From positions 128,001 to 192,000 of the IMG/VR virus record IMGVR_UViG_3300021431_004083: a stretch of 64,000 nt of DNA; one strand, 5' to 3'. Source of the stretch: a virus (taxonomy: Duplodnaviria; Caudoviricetes). The notes under the pieces are model-generated. The model ran no database searches. It was not told where the DNA came from and worked only from the letters and a program-made list of their open reading frames with translations. Numbering within the stretch: the stretch's first letter is position 1; each line of letters opens with the position of its first letter. This document shows, one piece after another, positions 30,526 through 41,197 of this stretch. The position numbers were made by a program, and so were the translations under genes.

Positions 30526-33282
30526 ATGCCTGTTGATATTACCCAACTCAATAAACAGACAACACAGACAGTACAACTCTCGCCGAAGTTTTTCAACGAT
30601 AAGCTTACGGGCAAAGGCAGAAAGGTCGGCGTTCTCTCTATTCTGAGAAATCCTGCAAATCTCTCCCCTGACACGACATCCTCGCAGGAAGCATTTCGCT
30701 CCTATCGATACAAGGTACAGAACAACGGCGCGCTCTTGGAAGTGACGCCGATGTCTGTCATCTCCCGCAACATGTGGAGAAACCTGATGACAACATATTA
30801 TCATCCTGACACAGCGGAAATGACAAAACTGACCAACCTCAGTTCTGACGGTGACATCTACATTCACACCAGAATGTTTTCCGCAATGTATACGGAAACA
30901 CCGTCCATGACAAAGCACGGCTCCGTCACCAAAAAGTGGGAATTCGTTTATCAAATTTTCCTGTATCGTCTCAACGATAAAACGTCTGATAAATGCGTTA
31001 TTGTAGACGCGCTCAGAAAGCCCATGACAAAAGACGAAGTAAACAGAAATGAAGTCTGCACGTTCTTCACCGCAAATCCCGTCAAACGAATCGTCAACAT
31101 CGGAAAAACACTTCCTCTCGACTGGCAGAAGTACATCACAACAAAAATGCTGATGGACTACGCTTGCAACCTTTCTGCATTTGACCTTTGCGCAAAAGAG
31201 GTTGAACGCTGGCATAATAGCCTGCACACCGAAATCGACTGGGTTATGACAAACGCTGAAGATGACTATGACAGCGGCGTTTTCACCGTGAATGACAAAG
31301 AAGGATATGTTGTCCACGAAACAGCCCCGCCGCTCCGTTTCCTCGAAACGTACAAAGTACCGCTCGAAGAGTACAGAGAAATCTACAAGATCATCGCAAA
31401 ACACATCAAAGACACGAACGTCGTCAACAAGCTCTGTAAAAACAATCTGAATCTGCTGTTGTCAGACACGCTCAACGAGCTCAACAGCAACAGAGCGAAT
31501 TTGCAGCAAATCAACCCGAAACCGGGCGCAACTGTATCAGGAAAAAGATATTCTCCCGAACAGATAAATGCTATCACGTCAACAGAGCCGCTTGCCATCG
31601 TACAGGCAGGTGCGGGAACCGGCAAATCGACCGTCATTCTCGGCAGAATCAACTACCTCGTAAACGCCGGAGTCGACCCCAAAGACATTACGGTCCTCTC
31701 ATTCACAAACGCTGCGGCTGACCACATCAAAGAAAAGAACCCGAACGTTCATTCAATGACAATCGCTTCGATGATTAACAGCATCTACACGATGAACTTC
31801 CCCAGTCAGCAGTTATCCGATAACAAAACGATTCGCAACACTATCGACGCGTACTTCCCTGCCGGTATCGGACGTGACTCGTTTTATGATGATTTCAAGA
31901 AGCACATCCAGTGCTTCATCACAAACGATACTGACGCGTACACACGCATGAATGACTTCGTAGAAAACAACTACGACAAGGTCATCGATACACTCGAAAC
32001 GCTCAAACAGGTATCACTCGAACTGCAGATTATCATCTGTTATCAGAAAATCGAAAGCATGCTCGAACCGACAGATGTCCAGTCTAAGTATCTCATCATT
32101 GATGAGGTACAGGATAACTCCATCTTCGAGTTCGTCTACTTCCTGAAGTACGTCAACAAGCACAAAGAAGCGCTGTTCATTGTAGGCGACGGTTCACAGA
32201 CACTCTACGAGTTCCGCGCGTCAAACCCCAGAGCGCTGAACATTATGGAAGCGTCCGGCGTATTCAAGGCATATCAGCTGAATACGAATTATCGCTCCAA
32301 TCAGGAGATTCTGGACTTCGCCAATGTGTATCTCGACAAAATCGAGGCAAACCGTTACGCGAGGATTCAGCTGCAGTCGAATAATATCCTGAACAAAGTA
32401 ACGCACAAGTCTTTCACCGAAAAGGTAAAGCTTCATTACGAGTTCATCCCGAAGCTCAGAGGTATGAGCGACGCACTCGACACATGGCTGTCACTGTATG
32501 TCAAAAAGTATATCGACGACAAGCTCAAATATAACGAACCTGTGACGTTCCTTGCGTTCCGCCGCGAAACAGTTTTTCAGGTACAGAACTGGCTTGAACA
32601 GAATTACCCCGGTTATACGATCGCAAACCTCGTTCCCGAGAGACCGTTCAGCTCCGACGTCTTGTCGAAGTTCATCGGCAAGTATTGGAACGACGTGAAG
32701 TTCATGCCCTCTATGAACATCACCGTTGACATCTGTCAGGCCATTCTGAGAAGACTCGACTATCTCGTAAGAGACGCTCAAAAGGCATTACCGCCCACAC
32801 AACGCATGCTCAATGACTGGGCGGACGGCGTCATCAACGACGTCAACGTCTGGTATACACAGTATACCAACAAGCAAATCACACAGGACGAATTCCTGTC
32901 GTTGATTCAGCAGAGCATGATTCAATATGAAATCGAGAACAACAATATCCGCAGAAGCTTGATTTCTCAGAAGAACGAAGAAACCAAACGTCAGCAGGCT
33001 GCTATGACAGCAAACTTTGTTCTCTCGACAATTCACTCCGCAAAAGGTCTTGAGTTCGAAAACGTTGTTGTCATTTACAGAAACGACAACAGCATGGGAG
33101 AAGAGCAAAAGAGAATGTATTATGTGGCTCTCACAAGAGCCATGAAGAGCGAGTATATCCTCGCTTTCGATAATACGAATTCTCCGCAAATCAAAGCCGA
33201 TTACGACACGATTTGCAAGACGCTGAAAGACAAAGCAGCAAGAGCAAAAGCCGCCGGAACAACCGTCGGCACCGATAATTAA
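30526..33282 (+). CDS. UvrD/PcrA-family SF1 helicase with long N-terminal extension
   Basis: AGAGTGKS, SFTNAAA, IDEVQD, VGDGSQTLYEFR, NYRS, TIHSAKGLEF and YVALTRA. Confidence 0.9.
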   Translation: MPVDITQLNKQTTQTVQLSPKFFNDKLTGKGRKVGVLSILRNPANLSPDTTSSQEAFRSYRYKVQNNGALLEVTPMSVISRNMWRNLMTTYYHPDTAEMTKLTNLSSDGDIYIHTRMFSAMYTETPSMTKHGSVTKKWEFVYQIFLYRLNDKTSDKCVIVDALRKPMTKDEVNRNEVCTFFTANPVKRIVNIGKTLPLDWQKYITTKMLMDYACNLSAFDLCAKEVERWHNSLHTEIDWVMTNAEDDYDSGVFTVNDKEGYVVHETAPPLRFLETYKVPLEEYREIYKIIAKHIKDTNVVNKLCKNNLNLLLSDTLNELNSNRANLQQINPKPGATVSGKRYSPEQINAITSTEPLAIVQAGAGTGKSTVILGRINYLVNAGVDPKDITVLSFTNAAADHIKEKNPNVHSMTIASMINSIYTMNFPSQQLSDNKTIRNTIDAYFPAGIGRDSFYDDFKKHIQCFITNDTDAYTRMNDFVENNYDKVIDTLETLKQVSLELQIIICYQKIESMLEPTDVQSKYLIIDEVQDNSIFEFVYFLKYVNKHKEALFIVGDGSQTLYEFRASNPRALNIMEASGVFKAYQLNTNYRSNQEILDFANVYLDKIEANRYARIQLQSNNILNKVTHKSFTEKVKLHYEFIPKLRGMSDALDTWLSLYVKKYIDDKLKYNEPVTFLAFRRETVFQVQNWLEQNYPGYTIANLVPERPFSSDVLSKFIGKYWNDVKFMPSMNITVDICQAILRRLDYLVRDAQKALPPTQRMLNDWADGVINDVNVWYTQYTNKQITQDEFLSLIQQSMIQYEIENNNIRRSLISQKNEETKRQQAAMTANFVLSTIHSAKGLEFENVVVIYRNDNSMGEEQKRMYYVALTRAMKSEYILAFDNTNSPQIKADYDTICKTLKDKAARAKAAGTTVGTDN

Positions 33283-33285
33283 AAC

Positions 33286-33321
33286 GAGCCCTCACCATCA
33301 CGGTGAGGGCTTTTTTTTTTT
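33286..33321 (+). terminator. Rho-independent terminator
   Basis: agccctcacc-atcac-ggtgagggct followed by a long T-run. Confidence 0.85.
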
Positions 33322-33534
33322 CGCAAAAAAGAACAGAGGTTTGGTTTTCCTTTATAAGCGGCGCTGTCTGCGCCGCCTCTCAGCAGACTATTAATAAAAA
33401 GGATTCATTTTATAGACTACAGCGCAAACGCATGGTTGGAAATGTGAAGAATTTTATATGCGTTTTAACGCAAGAATTCAAATAAAAAATATAAAGAAAC
33501 ATGTTCGTTTCGATAAGAAAAGGAGTTGTATAAA

Positions 33535-35001
33535 ATGAAACGAACACTTATCAGAACACTGGCTTCAATCATGGTCATCGCCATCGTTCTCTCAATCACA
33601 CCGCTCGTCGGAGCCGCAAACAAGAGTGATGAAAAAGAAATCACCGCGCTGTTCAAAGGCGGCGATACCGATATGGACGGTACTGTCAACATCATGGACG
33701 TTACCACGCTCCAAATGAGCATGTTGAACATGCGTACCCCCATTGACGCGTCTCTGATCGCGAATGTCGGCGACGTAGACCAAAGCAACAGCTTAGACAT
33801 CACCGACGCTACTTTTATTCAGCGTAAACTCACAGGAATAGAAACGCCTGATTATGTCAAGGTCAACGAGTACACCCATGAGGTGACCTTGCCCGAGAAC
33901 AACACGCTCTCGCAGCCTAAACTCAAGGCGACAACAGGCGCATCCGATATTACGCTCTCATGGAATAAAATCAGCGGCGCGGACTGCTACCGTGTATTCA
34001 CTAAGAAATACGGAAAGTGGAGACACTTAGCCGACACCTCCGCTAATAATTGTACCGATATCCCCGAGGATATCAAAGAGGGCGGTTCCTATGCCGTCTG
34101 CTGTATGAATGACAGTAAGAACGAATACGTCAGCGAGGTCGCCGAAACAAGCGTCAATAGCAAGTATCCTTACCCCGCGCCTATTATTCAAACGGCAGAG
34201 CAAGATAATAACACCTACTTCTCACCCGTTGAAGGAACAAAGACCTTAGGGAAACGCGTTTCCGAAACAAGAATCTTTATCGGATGTGACTATAACAAAA
34301 ACGCAAGATGGTATGTTTACGAGATAACAAACGACAAGAACGACGAAGTCAAAACGTATAGCTATTCACAAAACTGTAAATCGTTCTATGCGAATACTTG
34401 CAACTTCATCGACGGCGCCACCTATACCTTCCGTGTATGGTGCGTTGACACCCAGCGAAACCAAATAACACCTGCGTCGGAAGCTGTTTCCGTAACGTAT
34501 CACGCAGATGAAGAAAAGGTCTATAACAATCCTCTTGCAAGAGATATCCCTCTGGAGGACTTTGAGCCTTACGAAGAAGAGCTTGAAGCCATCAGGCTCA
34601 TCAATGAGTTCCGTGAAGAAAACGGACTTCATCCGCTCGTATACGACAAAGAGCTGTCGAGACTCGCACGTATGCGTGTTGAAGATACCGTTGAATATGA
34701 CTATTACGGACACAGCTCACCTGTATACGGAGATGCTTTGGCATGGGTTTACAGAGAAGGCTCAAACGGCAGATTCCACGTCCTTACAGGCGAAAACCTC
34801 ACGGGCTCATGTGATACAGCAGAAGACGCTATCGAATCATGGAAAGCGTCACTGCACGGTCACAGAGAAAACCTGCTTGATATAAACTTTGAGCTTGTTG
34901 GCATCGGCTACCACCGTGAAACAGGACGATGGATTTACCTCGGCGCACATGACATCAATCAGCCATATAAGCACACCGTCAAACCTGTAACAATCAACTA
35001 A
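33535..35001 (+). CDS. Secreted dockerin + FN3-like + CAP (SCP) domain protein
   Basis: Signal peptide; GDTDMDGTVNIMDVTTLQ / GDVDQSNSLDITDATFIQRKL; LINEFREENGL, GENL, WKAS, HRENLL and VGIG. Confidence 0.85.
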   Translation: MKRTLIRTLASIMVIAIVLSITPLVGAANKSDEKEITALFKGGDTDMDGTVNIMDVTTLQMSMLNMRTPIDASLIANVGDVDQSNSLDITDATFIQRKLTGIETPDYVKVNEYTHEVTLPENNTLSQPKLKATTGASDITLSWNKISGADCYRVFTKKYGKWRHLADTSANNCTDIPEDIKEGGSYAVCCMNDSKNEYVSEVAETSVNSKYPYPAPIIQTAEQDNNTYFSPVEGTKTLGKRVSETRIFIGCDYNKNARWYVYEITNDKNDEVKTYSYSQNCKSFYANTCNFIDGATYTFRVWCVDTQRNQITPASEAVSVTYHADEEKVYNNPLARDIPLEDFEPYEEELEAIRLINEFREENGLHPLVYDKELSRLARMRVEDTVEYDYYGHSSPVYGDALAWVYREGSNGRFHVLTGENLTGSCDTAEDAIESWKASLHGHRENLLDINFELVGIGYHRETGRWIYLGAHDINQPYKHTVKPVTIN

Positions 35002-35013
35002 CAATGAATAAGC

Positions 35014-35052
35014 AAAAACCGTATCCTCAAAATGGGGATACGGTTTTTTTTA
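35014..35052. terminator. Bidirectional terminator at the convergence of the two arms
   Basis: aaaaaccgtatcctcaaaatggggatacggttttttttt. Confidence 0.8.
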
Positions 35053-35062
35053 CTATAAAAGC

Positions 35063-36208
35063 TTACGTTTTATTTTTATCAGAGGGCACATTCGTTTTGT
35101 TCTCAGTATCCTGCATAGGAACAACAGGACGTGTGTTTAGCGGATTATTACCCAAAGGCTGCGATTGTGCGAATTTCTTACCCGCCATTGCGTTCATCAC
35201 GGGTTTATTATCTTTTTTCTTACGGTCCTTATGAACTTGAGTGATAATAATTTTGACAATCACAGCAACTAAAATACCAAAAACAATAAGATACGGCAAA
35301 GCCCTGATACAGAAAAACAACAAACCTTTCAATATAGAAAGGAAATCAGACCAAGCGCCGGAGAAATTCTCACCGAGCTCTTGCCAGAACGTAGGTTTCT
35401 TCGTTTCTGTATATTTCGCTACTTCCTTCACTGTCAAAACAACGCTCGAATAAGCGACATCCTTGTCCATAGCAGCCTTGGACGTCTTATCACGGTTCAA
35501 CTGTTGCTCAACCTCTTCAAGCTTGCCTGTGATTTGAATCATCGCATCAATATCATTTGTTTCGTCCAACATAGCAAGCAAACGAGACTTCTGTGTTTCA
35601 AGTGCCTTAATACTCGCGTCATTGTCCGCATAAACAGTGCTGATATTCTCAACATCTATTTGCTTATCAATAACATGCGCAACCTCTGATACATCATTAA
35701 TGAAAGCAAAAAACTTATCAGAAGGAACACGAACGGAAAAACGACAATACAAAGAACCCGCTTCGGGAGAACTCGTCTCCTTTTTGCCCGAAATAAGATA
35801 AGTATCGTCTAAATAATCAGAATCTCGCTCCGTTTGTGATTCGAGAATACACTCATATGACTTAATATAAGTCTGAAGCTGTGATATCGTATCGGAATAA
35901 TCAAGGGTTTGAATGTCGATACCGGCTTTATACACAAGCTTATCATCGGATTGAGACGTGCTTTCCGTTTTATCTGACGACGTGTCATTAGAATTTGACG
36001 GTGTGTCATTAGAATCAGAAGCGATCGACTTATCAGAACTGTCGTTTTCAGCGGACGCGGAATCTCCCGCAAAAGCGGCAATAGAATTATGAGAACCCGG
36101 CGAAGAAGAGCCTGACGAAGAACAAGCAGCAAGACTCAAACATAACACAAGAATCAACATAAAAACGACAGCGCTTCTCATAAAACTCTGTTTCTTTACA
36201 TAATTCAT
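35063..36208 (-). CDS. DUF4349-family lipoprotein with C-terminal TM helix
   Basis: Lipobox LAACS; KLVYKAGIDIQT, VRVPSDKF, coiled coil and VAYSSVVLTVKE. Confidence 0.8.
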   Translation of the reverse strand: MNYVKKQSFMRSAVVFMLILVLCLSLAACSSSGSSSPGSHNSIAAFAGDSASAENDSSDKSIASDSNDTPSNSNDTSSDKTESTSQSDDKLVYKAGIDIQTLDYSDTISQLQTYIKSYECILESQTERDSDYLDDTYLISGKKETSSPEAGSLYCRFSVRVPSDKFFAFINDVSEVAHVIDKQIDVENISTVYADNDASIKALETQKSRLLAMLDETNDIDAMIQITGKLEEVEQQLNRDKTSKAAMDKDVAYSSVVLTVKEVAKYTETKKPTFWQELGENFSGAWSDFLSILKGLLFFCIRALPYLIVFGILVAVIVKIIITQVHKDRKKKDNKPVMNAMAGKKFAQSQPLGNNPLNTRPVVPMQDTENKTNVPSDKNKT

Positions 36209-36361
36209 TAAAAATACCTCACATAATAAAAATTATCAACACATGCTCTAAAACGCTCAGATTTGCGCCACAGCGGGCTTTATCTAAAATAATACACGTA
36301 TACTATTTTATACAAAACGTGCAACATGACGCAAACCTCGCGAAAAGAGGGCACATCCTAC

Positions 36362-37606
36362 TTAAATAAGCTCAGCGTTCGTAGCGTCAATAGAATTATA
36401 CCATGACAATTCATAATGTCCGTGTGCAAAACGACCGTTATTAAACGCCAAGTCAACAACACGATGGTCCTTTTCTCTTATACGCGTATCGACATAAGAC
36501 GGGTAGGGCACAGAAGAAGCGTCACAGTCGAACGTTTGACGGAAATAATCATCGTCCGAAGAGAAAGAAACGGCAAAAGCCATCGATTCCATATCCGAAG
36601 ATATTGTCAGACCTTGTTTCTTATAAAACTCATTGGAATACTCCGTCAGAAAAACTTTATCGCCATCAACGGCAGAGCTGTTCGATTCAGAAGTCTGCCA
36701 ACCGGGCTCATTCGCAAACGACATCTCAAAACCGCCCCTGTCCTTCGGAACCAAACGAACAGCATCATCAACAGACAGACCGAGATAATCCGCAATATCG
36801 TAAAACGAATCGAAGTAAAAAGAATTATGGACAATAGTGTCACGTCCCGGCGCATCAACATAGAAAAGATTATCCCATGACGCGGGAACATCCAACACAA
36901 CAGAACAAGAATTGAGAGAACCGGCTGTACTGATATCGTATTCAAAATAATCCTCAGATTTATTTTTACCGGAAGCAAACGAAGAAACACGGCAATCCAT
37001 GACCAACTTGAAATCAGAAAAGCCTGTCTTAGTATATGTCGCGGTATAACACGTCACATCAGTATCATAAGACAATGTATTCGTCTTGTAAGACACGTCG
37101 TCAAAAACATCAAACAGCTGATACTTGTCTTCAAAAGACGAAAAACCATCCTTATCGAGCAAATCAGCACACAATTCCACTTTATCATCGGCACTGAAAG
37201 GAATTCCGTTCAAAACAACAGTCTTACTATCAGCATCGCCAATCAAGAACGAACCGGCGTCCGAGAGGTCATGTTTCGAATTATCAGGGTTATCATATTC
37301 TATATAACGAAGCTTGGACAAATCACCCGGCAACATCATATGAGCGAGATAGCGCTGCAACAACGTCGCGTCGCTGATTTCTATAGCGCCGTTGCCGTCA
37401 AAATCCGCAGCGAAAACATCAAACGACGAACGAGAAGAACCGACAAGATATCGTTGAAGAAACGTCACATCGGAAATAGTCAGAAAATCATCGGAGTCGG
37501 CATCGCCACGCAATCCTCTCTTGACAGACGTTGCGCCATGAACAGGCACAATGAACAAAGAAACACATAAAACCAAACACAAAAACAAACAAACCAATCT
37601 TTTCAC
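36362..37606 (-). CDS. Secreted dockerin protein (paralog of 58377-59612)
   Basis: Signal peptide; GDADSDDFLTISDVTFLQRYL / ADFDGNGAIEISDATLLQRYLA. Confidence 0.8.
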   Translation of the reverse strand: MKRLVCLFLCLVLCVSLFIVPVHGATSVKRGLRGDADSDDFLTISDVTFLQRYLVGSSRSSFDVFAADFDGNGAIEISDATLLQRYLAHMMLPGDLSKLRYIEYDNPDNSKHDLSDAGSFLIGDADSKTVVLNGIPFSADDKVELCADLLDKDGFSSFEDKYQLFDVFDDVSYKTNTLSYDTDVTCYTATYTKTGFSDFKLVMDCRVSSFASGKNKSEDYFEYDISTAGSLNSCSVVLDVPASWDNLFYVDAPGRDTIVHNSFYFDSFYDIADYLGLSVDDAVRLVPKDRGGFEMSFANEPGWQTSESNSSAVDGDKVFLTEYSNEFYKKQGLTISSDMESMAFAVSFSSDDDYFRQTFDCDASSVPYPSYVDTRIREKDHRVVDLAFNNGRFAHGHYELSWYNSIDATNAELI

Positions 37607-37729
37607 AAAAACACCTTCTTATGATATTTAATTATTACACACTAAGTATACTGCGAAACCACTGTGTTTGTCAATCAAAAAAAAATCGCCCACGATAAAC
37701 ATCGAAGGCGATTTGCAAAACCGACAAAT

Positions 37730-38347
37730 TTACTTGTTCCAATCTATAACACCTGCATACGCGCAGTCACGTAAAACAACAATTGCCGGTATATTATTAA
37801 AAGAAGCAGCGGGCTTGTCAATAGAACACACATGCACATCATGCTTTTTCATATCTGATTTCAAAGAACTCAAAGGAGGCGCGAAAACAGAAGAAAAAAC
37901 AGAACGAGGTTTTCCCGTAACACTCGACTGAAGCGTTCGTAAAAAACTTTCGCAAGAAATAATACCGAGAAAACGCTTGTCATCATTAGAAACAACAGGC
38001 AACCAAGAACGACCTGTCGATACAAGTCGACTCATAACGGATTCCATCGTATCAAAATCGTAAACAACAGGCTTCAAACGAACGGTAAAATCCTTCAGGG
38101 ACTGATAACGAGATTTCGCGACAACAATCATCCTGTCAATAAAAGCACACTGTTCAGCGGAAACGGAAATGAACACATTTCCGTCGACATGATGGACTGC
38201 GTAATTTCGTAGAATACGACAAACACGAAGCGCTTCGGTATCCTCCTGAGACAATGTCGCCTCGAAATCAAGAACAGAAAGCGACAACGGATTCAAACTC
38301 TGCTCCAATTCTCTATATTTTTGTAAAAACGAATCAACTAATGCCAT
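37730..38347 (-). CDS. HEPN-like + CBS domain protein
   Basis: FLQKYRELEQSL and LRNYAVH (RxxxxH); WLPVV and FLGIIS (CBS). Confidence 0.6.
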   Translation of the reverse strand: MALVDSFLQKYRELEQSLNPLSLSVLDFEATLSQEDTEALRVCRILRNYAVHHVDGNVFISVSAEQCAFIDRMIVVAKSRYQSLKDFTVRLKPVVYDFDTMESVMSRLVSTGRSWLPVVSNDDKRFLGIISCESFLRTLQSSVTGKPRSVFSSVFAPPLSSLKSDMKKHDVHVCSIDKPAASFNNIPAIVVLRDCAYAGVIDWNK

Positions 38348-38365
38348 AACAACCTCTTTTGGTCA

Positions 38366-38680
38366 TCAAGAAATCAAAAAATTAATAGGGGAAATCAACA
38401 GATTTGACAACCACGTTCCGAATTTTATCAATGATTCACCAAACCATGTATCAGGAAATAACTGACCAACTGCCGCGAAAACGTCATACTTAAAAATATG
38501 ACGCAACGGAACAATATCGTTAAACCGTGTTTGTCCCAAAATATAAAGAACCTCGATACCAACAATAGCTGTCAACACAAAACGAAGCCATCGAAGCCTT
38601 CTTTTGAAAACGCACCAGATACAAAAAATGATAAGCGCTGACACAATCAGACCTTGGCTCGAACCTACATCGATATGCAT
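38366..38680 (-). CDS. Small membrane protein
   Basis: Multiple hydrophobic helices; RBS gaggtg. Confidence 0.6.
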   Translation of the reverse strand: MHIDVGSSQGLIVSALIIFCIWCVFKRRLRWLRFVLTAIVGIEVLYILGQTRFNDIVPLRHIFKYDVFAAVGQLFPDTWFGESLIKFGTWLSNLLISPINFLIS

Positions 38681-38773
38681 AAGAATACACCTCTTTGTAT
38701 TTAATTACAGCAACGCTCTCATTCTATGCAATCACACTATATCACAAAAATCACAAATAATCAAGACAAATTG

Positions 38774-39808
38774 TTAAAAATCATGTTTAGAATAAACAGG
38801 GTTCTCGATTTTATTATTTTGCACCTCATCAAGAAAAGCATCAAACGACACATATCCATGGATAAATGTCGACGAAAATATCTTAGAATGCCCAACCTGT
38901 TGAATTTTATCATATGAAAATTCGCCGTTCGATTTAATCATTGCGTTCTTATACTCAACAACAAGCACATAATCTCCGAAATCATGATTATAAACATTCA
39001 CATGAATCGTATAAACATCCCATAAATAATTCGTATCATCCATAGGATTGTACCGCATATACAAACACTTACGTCGCAAGGATTCGTATTCATCTGATTC
39101 AATACCGGAAGCGTCTTTCAAAAGCGCTTTGCTCGACTTTTCAATCCGACTCATCATATCAGACGTAACATTGTCTAAATTTTTCTCTACGCTCTTTAAC
39201 CCCGATACGGTATACGTTTTGGTCATATTACGAATAAATTTCTCCTCAGAACGGGACTCGAACTTAACTTGAACGGAATCTCCGTTAGAAAGACCATCCG
39301 TTTCATCACTATGGACATAAACCTCTCCGGAGGAAAAAGGCGCATCATCATGATAAGTTACGGCAAGCCGACCATTCCCGTTAACACCCTCAAAACCGAT
39401 ATCGATATATTCAGTGGGATTAATCATATATGAATTCAATTTATCAAGCATTTTCGGACCAAACGCAACACAGAGTACAATAAGCCCAACAATGATAATA
39501 ATAGGAGTAAGACAACCGAACACTTTACTTGTACCGCGACGAACGCTTCTTTGGAGCTCTCTACGAGATTCTTGTTTGTAACGCTCGTTTTCAAATTCCC
39601 GCTGAGCACGACGCTCCGCTTCGTTATACTCTTGCTGCGCTTTGTACTTCCCTTTAAAAGCCTCATATGCCTTCTGTTCAGTAGACCGCGTATCAAGCTT
39701 TAATAATGTACCGCAAAACGGACAATAAGTTTGTTCCTTTCCGTCATCACCCAAAACAATATTGCCGCCGCAACTCGGACATTTTAACCCTTCGACTTCC
39801 TTTGACAC
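38774..39808 (-). CDS. Zinc-ribbon + coiled-coil + TM + extracellular domain protein
   Basis: CPSCGG and CPFCG; TM helix; FEGVNGNG and GLSNGDSV. Confidence 0.7.
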   Translation of the reverse strand: MSKEVEGLKCPSCGGNIVLGDDGKEQTYCPFCGTLLKLDTRSTEQKAYEAFKGKYKAQQEYNEAERRAQREFENERYKQESRRELQRSVRRGTSKVFGCLTPIIIIVGLIVLCVAFGPKMLDKLNSYMINPTEYIDIGFEGVNGNGRLAVTYHDDAPFSSGEVYVHSDETDGLSNGDSVQVKFESRSEEKFIRNMTKTYTVSGLKSVEKNLDNVTSDMMSRIEKSSKALLKDASGIESDEYESLRRKCLYMRYNPMDDTNYLWDVYTIHVNVYNHDFGDYVLVVEYKNAMIKSNGEFSYDKIQQVGHSKIFSSTFIHGYVSFDAFLDEVQNNKIENPVYSKHDF

Positions 39809-40009
39809 AATTGCTCTCTCCTTTTAACTTAATGTCAAATATATTGTAACACACACAAAAAGAAAAAGCAACAAAGAAATACCCCCACCTGCGATAAATA
39901 CAGGTGAGGATAAAAGAAAGGAAAGGTGTTGTGTGATTATATAATAACATAAACACACTAACACCCTACCAACACATAAACCATTTTTTCGAAAAAAACC
40001 GATAATTTT

Positions 40010-40984
40010 TTACGGCAGCTTGGTATCTTGAAAGTCATCCGGCTTATCGTCAGGCAAAGAAGGACGCGGTCTCTTTTGGATATCAGTCCGCTGAAACCCG
40101 AAATACTGACGACCATTCGGGAGAGTACCCTCTCCAAGCTTTCCCGTAATATCAATCACACGACCATCCTTTGTCTGAAAACCACTGACCGCAATCTCGT
40201 CGCCTTGAATAAGAGAACTGATTTCATTGGCGTCGAACGAATGCGAGCCGAAAGACGCCTTAAACGATTGTCCGCTAAACAAGCCGCTTTGTATCATTAC
40301 TTTATTGTTCTGTACAACAAACCCCTTGTTTTGAGTATCCAAAAGATTTAACTGCTGCGCTTTTAACAAAGGGTCATAAAGACCGGAAAATTCAACAAGC
40401 GTCATTCCTCTATGTTGAATGTCCGCTTGTAAATGCTTAAAGCACTCATTACAAAAGAAACAATCATTGATTGCACGATGGGCGCCTGTCGTATCAATTC
40501 CATACGATTGTGACAACTCCGTCAATTTACACTTACGACCGTTCAGTTTCTGAGCAATACTCATAACGTCTATATACTCATTCTTAAAATCTTGCCCGGT
40601 CAAAGCCTTCCATTTATCGTACATGAAATTCATGTCGAAACTAACACCATAACCAACAACGGGACTGTCGCCGATAAAAGACATCGCGGCATTCATAGCC
40701 GTAGACAAACGAATCCCGGTCCGACGCACGCTGTCATCGATTCCTGTCAAAGCGACGACCTCCTGAGAGACAAAAGGAACCTTGTCAGGCTGAACTAATG
40801 TACTGAAACTGCGCCATACGTCGCCGTTATGGCAACGCAATATCGATATTTCCATAATGTCATCATTTGTCGGGTCGAAACCTGTCGTTTCCAAATCAAG
40901 AACGACATAGTCATCGGGAAAGATAACACGATTCAAACCCTTATGACGCTCAACATTCTTATTAACATCTGTCACAAAAAACAC
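40010..40984 (-). CDS. DEDDh 3'-5' exonuclease (DnaQ-like) fused to a topoisomerase C-terminal-repeat-like module
   Basis: VVLDLETTG, SFD and HRAINDC; C-terminal HSFDANEISSLIQGDEI, GFQTKDGR and YFGFQ. Confidence 0.75.
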   Translation of the reverse strand: MFFVTDVNKNVERHKGLNRVIFPDDYVVLDLETTGFDPTNDDIMEISILRCHNGDVWRSFSTLVQPDKVPFVSQEVVALTGIDDSVRRTGIRLSTAMNAAMSFIGDSPVVGYGVSFDMNFMYDKWKALTGQDFKNEYIDVMSIAQKLNGRKCKLTELSQSYGIDTTGAHRAINDCFFCNECFKHLQADIQHRGMTLVEFSGLYDPLLKAQQLNLLDTQNKGFVVQNNKVMIQSGLFSGQSFKASFGSHSFDANEISSLIQGDEIAVSGFQTKDGRVIDITGKLGEGTLPNGRQYFGFQRTDIQKRPRPSLPDDKPDDFQDTKLP

Positions 40985-41008
40985 CCCCTCATACCTTTTG
41001 GTAGGGAA

Positions 41009-41197
41009 TTATCCGAACGACATCTCATCGTCATCTTCGACAATCTCTTCTATCGACGTAGGGAGAGGTCTTTTCCGAACAGGTTTATCAAGCTTAGCGG
41101 CCTCACGCAAAGCATCCTCGTCTACCTGCGTATACAACGCTTCGGATTCCTCAGGTGTTACCTGCGTATCGAAAGGGTCGGTGTAATGTTTATCCAT
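41009..41197 (-). CDS. Small acidic protein (62 aa)
   Basis: RBS aaggag; own promoter TTGATT-17-TATAAT (41257-41229). Confidence 0.65.
   Translation of the reverse strand: MDKHYTDPFDTQVTPEESEALYTQVDEDALREAAKLDKPVRKRPLPTSIEEIVEDDDEMSFG

Noticed and set aside
30394-31404. 336-aa minus-strand ORF (and similar ones at 23360, 21380 and 54762)
   Set aside because: Antisense shadows of well-supported genes.
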